DNA of 64,000 nucleotides from an uncultured Planctomycetia bacterium (GTDB lineage Bacteria; Omnitrophota; Gorgyraeia; Taenaricolales; CAZCCH01): NCBI GenBank assembly GCA_964497315.1, contig CAZCCH010000006.1, positions 11,830 to 75,829 of the forward strand, read 5' to 3'. Shown piece by piece: positions 60,270 to 64,000 of this stretch (position 1 is its first letter; each line of letters starts with the position of its first letter). The notes under the pieces were generated by a model. It saw only the letters and a program-made list of their open reading frames with translations, ran no database searches and was not told where the DNA came from. The position numbers and the translations under genes were made by a program.

Positions 60270-60988
60270 AAAATATTATTTATGATGAATGGCTATCGGA
60301 TATATTGAAATATGAAGCTTATAATATTTTAGTGGACGAAAATCTTATTAAAGGCAATGCCGCTTCCACGCTTGATGATTTATGTTCAAAGAAGGCATTT
60401 CTTTATTCCAAGGTTCCGGTTGCTGCATTGACCGAAGCCAACTTTTTGGTAAAGAAAAAATTTAACTTAGTGGATACACAGGTTGTTTTAGATAAACCTG
60501 TTTTTAAAGACCATGAATTTAGTGGAAATACCGTTTTGCGCCTTGCCAAACCCGAAGATGAAGAGCGCGTAATCGAAATTGCTAGGGAAACTTTTGTATT
60601 TTCAAGATTTCATGCAGATAAAAACTTTCCACCACAACTTGCTAATACCATAAAGGCCGAATGGGCAAGAGGTTTTTTCACCGGCAAGAGAGGAAAGTGT
60701 ATGGTGGTAGTTTTATGCGATGGAATAGTTGTTGGATTTTTGCAGTTAGTGCAAAAGAAACAAGGACTTTTTTCTATAGACCTGATTGCCGTTGATAAGA
60801 AATTCCAGCAGAAGGGAATAGCCGGCGATATGATGAGTTATTGTGAAAAACACTGTTGCGGGAGTACTGGTAGGATGCAGGTTGCGACGCAACTTGCTAA
60901 TATACCTTCGCTACAAACGTATCAAAAGTTTGGTTTTAGAATAACGCAGGCGCATTACGTTTTCCATTACCATTCTGATATAGATTAA
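60266..60988 (+). CDS. GNAT-family N-acetyltransferase (WecD-like)
   Basis: '...IAVDKKFQQKGIAGDMM...' acetyl-CoA-binding Q/RxxGxG/A motif. Start placed at the Met giving an ATGA overlap with the asnB-like stop. Confidence 0.55.
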   Translation: MKNIIYDEWLSDILKYEAYNILVDENLIKGNAASTLDDLCSKKAFLYSKVPVAALTEANFLVKKKFNLVDTQVVLDKPVFKDHEFSGNTVLRLAKPEDEERVIEIARETFVFSRFHADKNFPPQLANTIKAEWARGFFTGKRGKCMVVVLCDGIVVGFLQLVQKKQGLFSIDLIAVDKKFQQKGIAGDMMSYCEKHCCGSTGRMQVATQLANIPSLQTYQKFGFRITQAHYVFHYHSDID

Positions 60989-60989
60989 T

Positions 60990-61736
60990 ATGATAGATAA
61001 GAGATTTCTGGCTTATAGCTATAGTTGTGCCTTCAGGGAATTTTCTGTTTTCCTGAAAAAGCAGAAAGAGAAATTTTTTGAATGTGGCCCCGTTATTGAC
61101 CTGGGGTCGGGTACGGGGGTCCATGCTAATCTTTTTAATGTGACATACGTTGCCGTAGACAGCTCATTCTCACTTTTAAAATCAGGCACTACAGGTAAAA
61201 AAGAATTTTTTGTGGCGGCAGATATAACAAGATTACCTTTTAAGGATAATGCCTTTAGTTCGTTTGTATGCCGTAGCGTGCTGGAACATCTAAAAAACCC
61301 TGATGCCGCAATTAGGGAGGCACATCGTGTATGCCAAAAAGGAGGCATAATCGAAGTCCCCGAGAGAGATAAAGTACCATTTTTATATGACCCAGTAAAT
61401 TTTTTCAGGCGTAATAAAAATATGCAATTGGCAAAGTTTGGGATAGGTGCATACGGGCACATAAATGTGCTTAAATCAAACCAGTGGAGGGAACTTTTTG
61501 AAGGTACGGGCTTTAACGTAGGAGATTTTCGTCCAATCGGCCGGCGGGTTATAGCCCAGATTGAGATGCTACTTGTTAACATTGTCTTTGCTGGCAAGGA
61601 ATATGAAGAGTTACCACACGGTCATACATCGGTTAAGCTTTGGAAATTGGCAAGTTTTTTTCATCGCCTGGCAGATATGTTCCCGCTGCAGAGCAAAGGC
61701 CATGTAACCTGTGCTTATTTATTGAAGAAGAGATAA
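60990..61736 (+). CDS. Class I SAM-dependent methyltransferase
   Basis: 'VIDLGSGTGVHANLF' motif I. Confidence 0.7.
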   Translation: MIDKRFLAYSYSCAFREFSVFLKKQKEKFFECGPVIDLGSGTGVHANLFNVTYVAVDSSFSLLKSGTTGKKEFFVAADITRLPFKDNAFSSFVCRSVLEHLKNPDAAIREAHRVCQKGGIIEVPERDKVPFLYDPVNFFRRNKNMQLAKFGIGAYGHINVLKSNQWRELFEGTGFNVGDFRPIGRRVIAQIEMLLVNIVFAGKEYEELPHGHTSVKLWKLASFFHRLADMFPLQSKGHVTCAYLLKKR

Positions 61737-61738
61737 TA

Positions 61739-62851
61739 ATGAAGATATTGCATATCGTTACACATCTTGATATCGGGGGAGTTGAAGAGCTGCTTGTCAT
61801 GACTGCAAAAGAACTTAAAAATAAAGGCCATGACGTGAAGGTGGTATGTATTCAGAACCCAGGTATCTGTGCAGATGAGATTAGAAATTACGGTATAGAC
61901 CTCAAGGCCCTAAATAGAAAAGGAGGCATGTTTGATATTATCACCACGCTGAAGCTTACCAGCTATATACGTACCCAGAAACCCGATGTAATTCATACGC
62001 ATACATTTTATGCCAACTTGCATGGCAGGATAGCAGCTATATTAGCAGGGGTATCTACAATATTTTCCTCAGAGCATGGGGTTTATACTTGGAAGAAGGC
62101 ACGCCATATATTGCTTGATAGGATTCTTGCTAAGAAGACACATAAGATAATAGCCGTTTCAAATGCAGTCAGGGATTTTTTGACATCGCAAGAATCAATA
62201 GATGCCTCCAAGATAACAGTAATGCACAATGCAGTTGATTTTAATAGGTTTAATGGCACTATTACAAAGGAGGTTGCCAGGCAGAGGCTTGGGTTTGACA
62301 AAGAAAACATTGTCATAGGAAGTATCGGTCGCTTTGACCCGCGCAAGGGATATGAATATTTAATTGATGCAGTGTCATTACTGGAGGAGGAGTTTCCAGA
62401 GATAAGGTTATTAATAACAGGCAGGGACCCGCTTGGCATAAAAGAAGGGTTTTTAAAAAGAGCCAGGGGACTTGGCATAGATAAAAAGGTTATCTTGATG
62501 AATGCCCAAAGGGATGTAGCATATCTTTATAAGGCCATGGATGTATTTGCCATGCCGTCTATATGTGAAGGATTTGGCATGGCACTCATAGAGGCCATGG
62601 CATGTGGAATTCCAGTTGTTGCTGCAAATACAGGCGGTATGCCAGAGTTAGTTGAAGATGGTGAGAATGGAATACTTTTTACTGCAGCTGATTCTGCATC
62701 ATTGGCAAGAGCAATTAGAGGACTTCTGAACGATTCCAATAAGTCCTCCAGGATTGCCTCAGAAGGCCACAATAGGGTCTTTAAAGAATTTTCTCCAGAG
62801 ACTTACTTTAAAACACTTGAAGACCTTTATATGGAATTAGCCAGAAAATGA
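61739..62851 (+). CDS. GT4-family glycosyltransferase
   Basis: 'MKILHIVTHLDIGGVEEL' N-terminus and '...EGFGMALIEAMACGIPVVA...' region typical of GT4. Start trimmed to the Met after the upstream stop. Confidence 0.75.
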   Translation: MKILHIVTHLDIGGVEELLVMTAKELKNKGHDVKVVCIQNPGICADEIRNYGIDLKALNRKGGMFDIITTLKLTSYIRTQKPDVIHTHTFYANLHGRIAAILAGVSTIFSSEHGVYTWKKARHILLDRILAKKTHKIIAVSNAVRDFLTSQESIDASKITVMHNAVDFNRFNGTITKEVARQRLGFDKENIVIGSIGRFDPRKGYEYLIDAVSLLEEEFPEIRLLITGRDPLGIKEGFLKRARGLGIDKKVILMNAQRDVAYLYKAMDVFAMPSICEGFGMALIEAMACGIPVVAANTGGMPELVEDGENGILFTAADSASLARAIRGLLNDSNKSSRIASEGHNRVFKEFSPETYFKTLEDLYMELARK

Positions 62852-63804
62852 CTATACCAAAATTAATAGTAACCATAGATACAGAAGGTGACAACCAGTG
62901 GGATTACCAAAGTAGAAAACAGGTAAACCTGGATAATATTAAGAAAATACCTTATCTGCAGAAATTATTTGATAAATACAACGTGCGGCCTGTTTATCTG
63001 GTAAGCTACCCCGTAGCAAGGGATGCAGAGAGCACTGGGATTATAAAGCAGATCTTAAAAGATAAAAAGTGTGAAGTAGGTGGACATTTTCACCCCTGGT
63101 CTACTCCACCAATTAAAGAAGAACATGTACGCGATACTACACCTCCGCATCATTTAGGCACAGAAGAGGTTAAGGAAAAGCTTAAACTATTAACAAAAAC
63201 AATAGAAGATACCTTTCAGCTAAAACCTATTTCATACAGGGCAGGCCGCTGGGGGTTTGATAATAGGTCAGTAGGTATTTTAGAGGAATTAGGCTATCTT
63301 GTAGATAGCTCTATAACACCATTAGTTTCTTGGGAGCATGTGGGTGGCCTCGATTTTAGAAGGGCTCCACGACTACCATATTATTTGGATTATGACGACG
63401 TTTGCTCTGAAGGTAAAAGCAAGGTTCTTGAAGTCCCTGTTTCAATTAATTTCTCAAAAAAAGCAAGGGAATTCTTTAAAGAGTATTATTTTGCAAGCAG
63501 GGGGCACACCCTGCCTTATCAGATATTAAGTAAGTTGAATCTATTGAAGATTTTATGGTTGAGGCCTTCGGTTTCTTCGCTTCCAGAGATGATGCAATTG
63601 GTAGATTCATTGGTTGCCGAAGGAGTTCCGGTACTTACTATGATGTTTCACTCAAGCGATATGATCTTAGATGGAAACCCGAACTACCAAAAAGAAAAGC
63701 ATATCCAGGACTTTTTCAAAAGACTAGAAGGCATTTTGGATTATTTAAGGAATAGCAAAAAACTAAAAAGTCTAACTTTTGCAGAATACAGGATGCAGTC
63801 ATAA
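62848..63804 (+). CDS. Hypothetical protein, possible divergent polysaccharide deacetylase-like hydrolase
   Basis: 'LIVTIDTEGD' and 'GGHFHPW' loosely resemble CE4 motifs 1 and 2. The assignment is tentative. Confidence 0.35.
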   Translation: MTIPKLIVTIDTEGDNQWDYQSRKQVNLDNIKKIPYLQKLFDKYNVRPVYLVSYPVARDAESTGIIKQILKDKKCEVGGHFHPWSTPPIKEEHVRDTTPPHHLGTEEVKEKLKLLTKTIEDTFQLKPISYRAGRWGFDNRSVGILEELGYLVDSSITPLVSWEHVGGLDFRRAPRLPYYLDYDDVCSEGKSKVLEVPVSINFSKKAREFFKEYYFASRGHTLPYQILSKLNLLKILWLRPSVSSLPEMMQLVDSLVAEGVPVLTMMFHSSDMILDGNPNYQKEKHIQDFFKRLEGILDYLRNSKKLKSLTFAEYRMQS

Positions 63805-64000
63805 TGAGCAAAAGGATTGCAATATTAACTAGATATGGTTTTTCCGGCCCATATGTTGCAAATAAAATCTTAGAAAACAAAAAAGATCTTGTGGGCATTG
63901 TCATAGAATCCGCAAAAAACTCCACTTGCAACAAAGCTAAACCAGAAAAAAAGAAAATGTCCTTTTTGCAAAAGGTAAAGGCTTGGGGAATTAGCTATTT
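63804..64000 (+). CDS. 3'-truncated ORF (runs off window end), possible formyltransferase-like N-terminus
   Basis: ATG at 63804 overlapping the upstream stop. The open frame 'MSKRIAILTRYGFSGPYVANKIL...' continues to the window edge with no stop. Not in the ORF track. Confidence 0.3.
   Translation, partial: MSKRIAILTRYGFSGPYVANKILENKKDLVGIVIESAKNSTCNKAKPEKKKMSFLQKVKAWGISY

Noticed and set aside
1..64000. Search for tRNA/rRNA genes, CRISPR arrays, IS elements or integrase genes
   Set aside because: No cloverleaf-like conserved tRNA segments and no repeat-spacer periodicity. No transposase or integrase-like ORFs. The only repeats seen are short ones in the 8558-8803 promoter region.

Overview
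The window is about 38% GC. From about 8.8 kb to the end (more than 55 kb) it is one tightly packed gene array, entirely on the + strand, that reads as a large surface-polysaccharide and nucleotide-sugar locus. Its first 8.5 kb also runs on the + strand and holds the following genes.

- Two tandem GAF-GGDEF diguanylate cyclases.
- A ROK glucokinase and a short transaldolase.
- An OstA/LptD-like outer-membrane protein, which implies a diderm host.
- A carbamoyltransferase followed by SxtJ-like and DUF5989-like small membrane proteins.

After a 246-bp promoter region, the glycan locus encodes the following.

- UDP-glucose 6-dehydrogenase and UDP-glucuronate decarboxylase (the UDP-GlcA to UDP-Xyl route).
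- A dTDP-rhamnose set: an RmlC-like cupin, then RmlA, RmlB and RmlD.
- Enzymes of a WbpA/WbpB/DegT/acetyltransferase/AsnB-type aminouronic-acid route.
- Export genes: Wza-like, Wzi-like, Wzz-like and Wzx.
- Several GT4 glycosyltransferases and three SAM methyltransferases.
- Repeated pairs of a DPM1-like GT2 with an ArnT/PMT-like GT-C membrane transferase.

The most unusual content is eight paralogous B12-binding radical SAM enzymes plus one SPASM-type radical SAM enzyme. They are interleaved with the GT2/GT-C transferases between about 35 and 58 kb. I read this as a candidate cobalamin/radical-SAM glycan-tailoring system that has not been described.

Other points are a higher-GC insert at about 49.3-52.3 kb, a stand-alone LexA-type wHTH regulator followed by a 17-bp palindrome, and an unusual N-terminal repeat domain on the 999-aa Wza-like exporter. 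I saw no tRNA or rRNA genes, CRISPR arrays or obvious mobile elements. All antisense ORFs in the track look like shadow ORFs.
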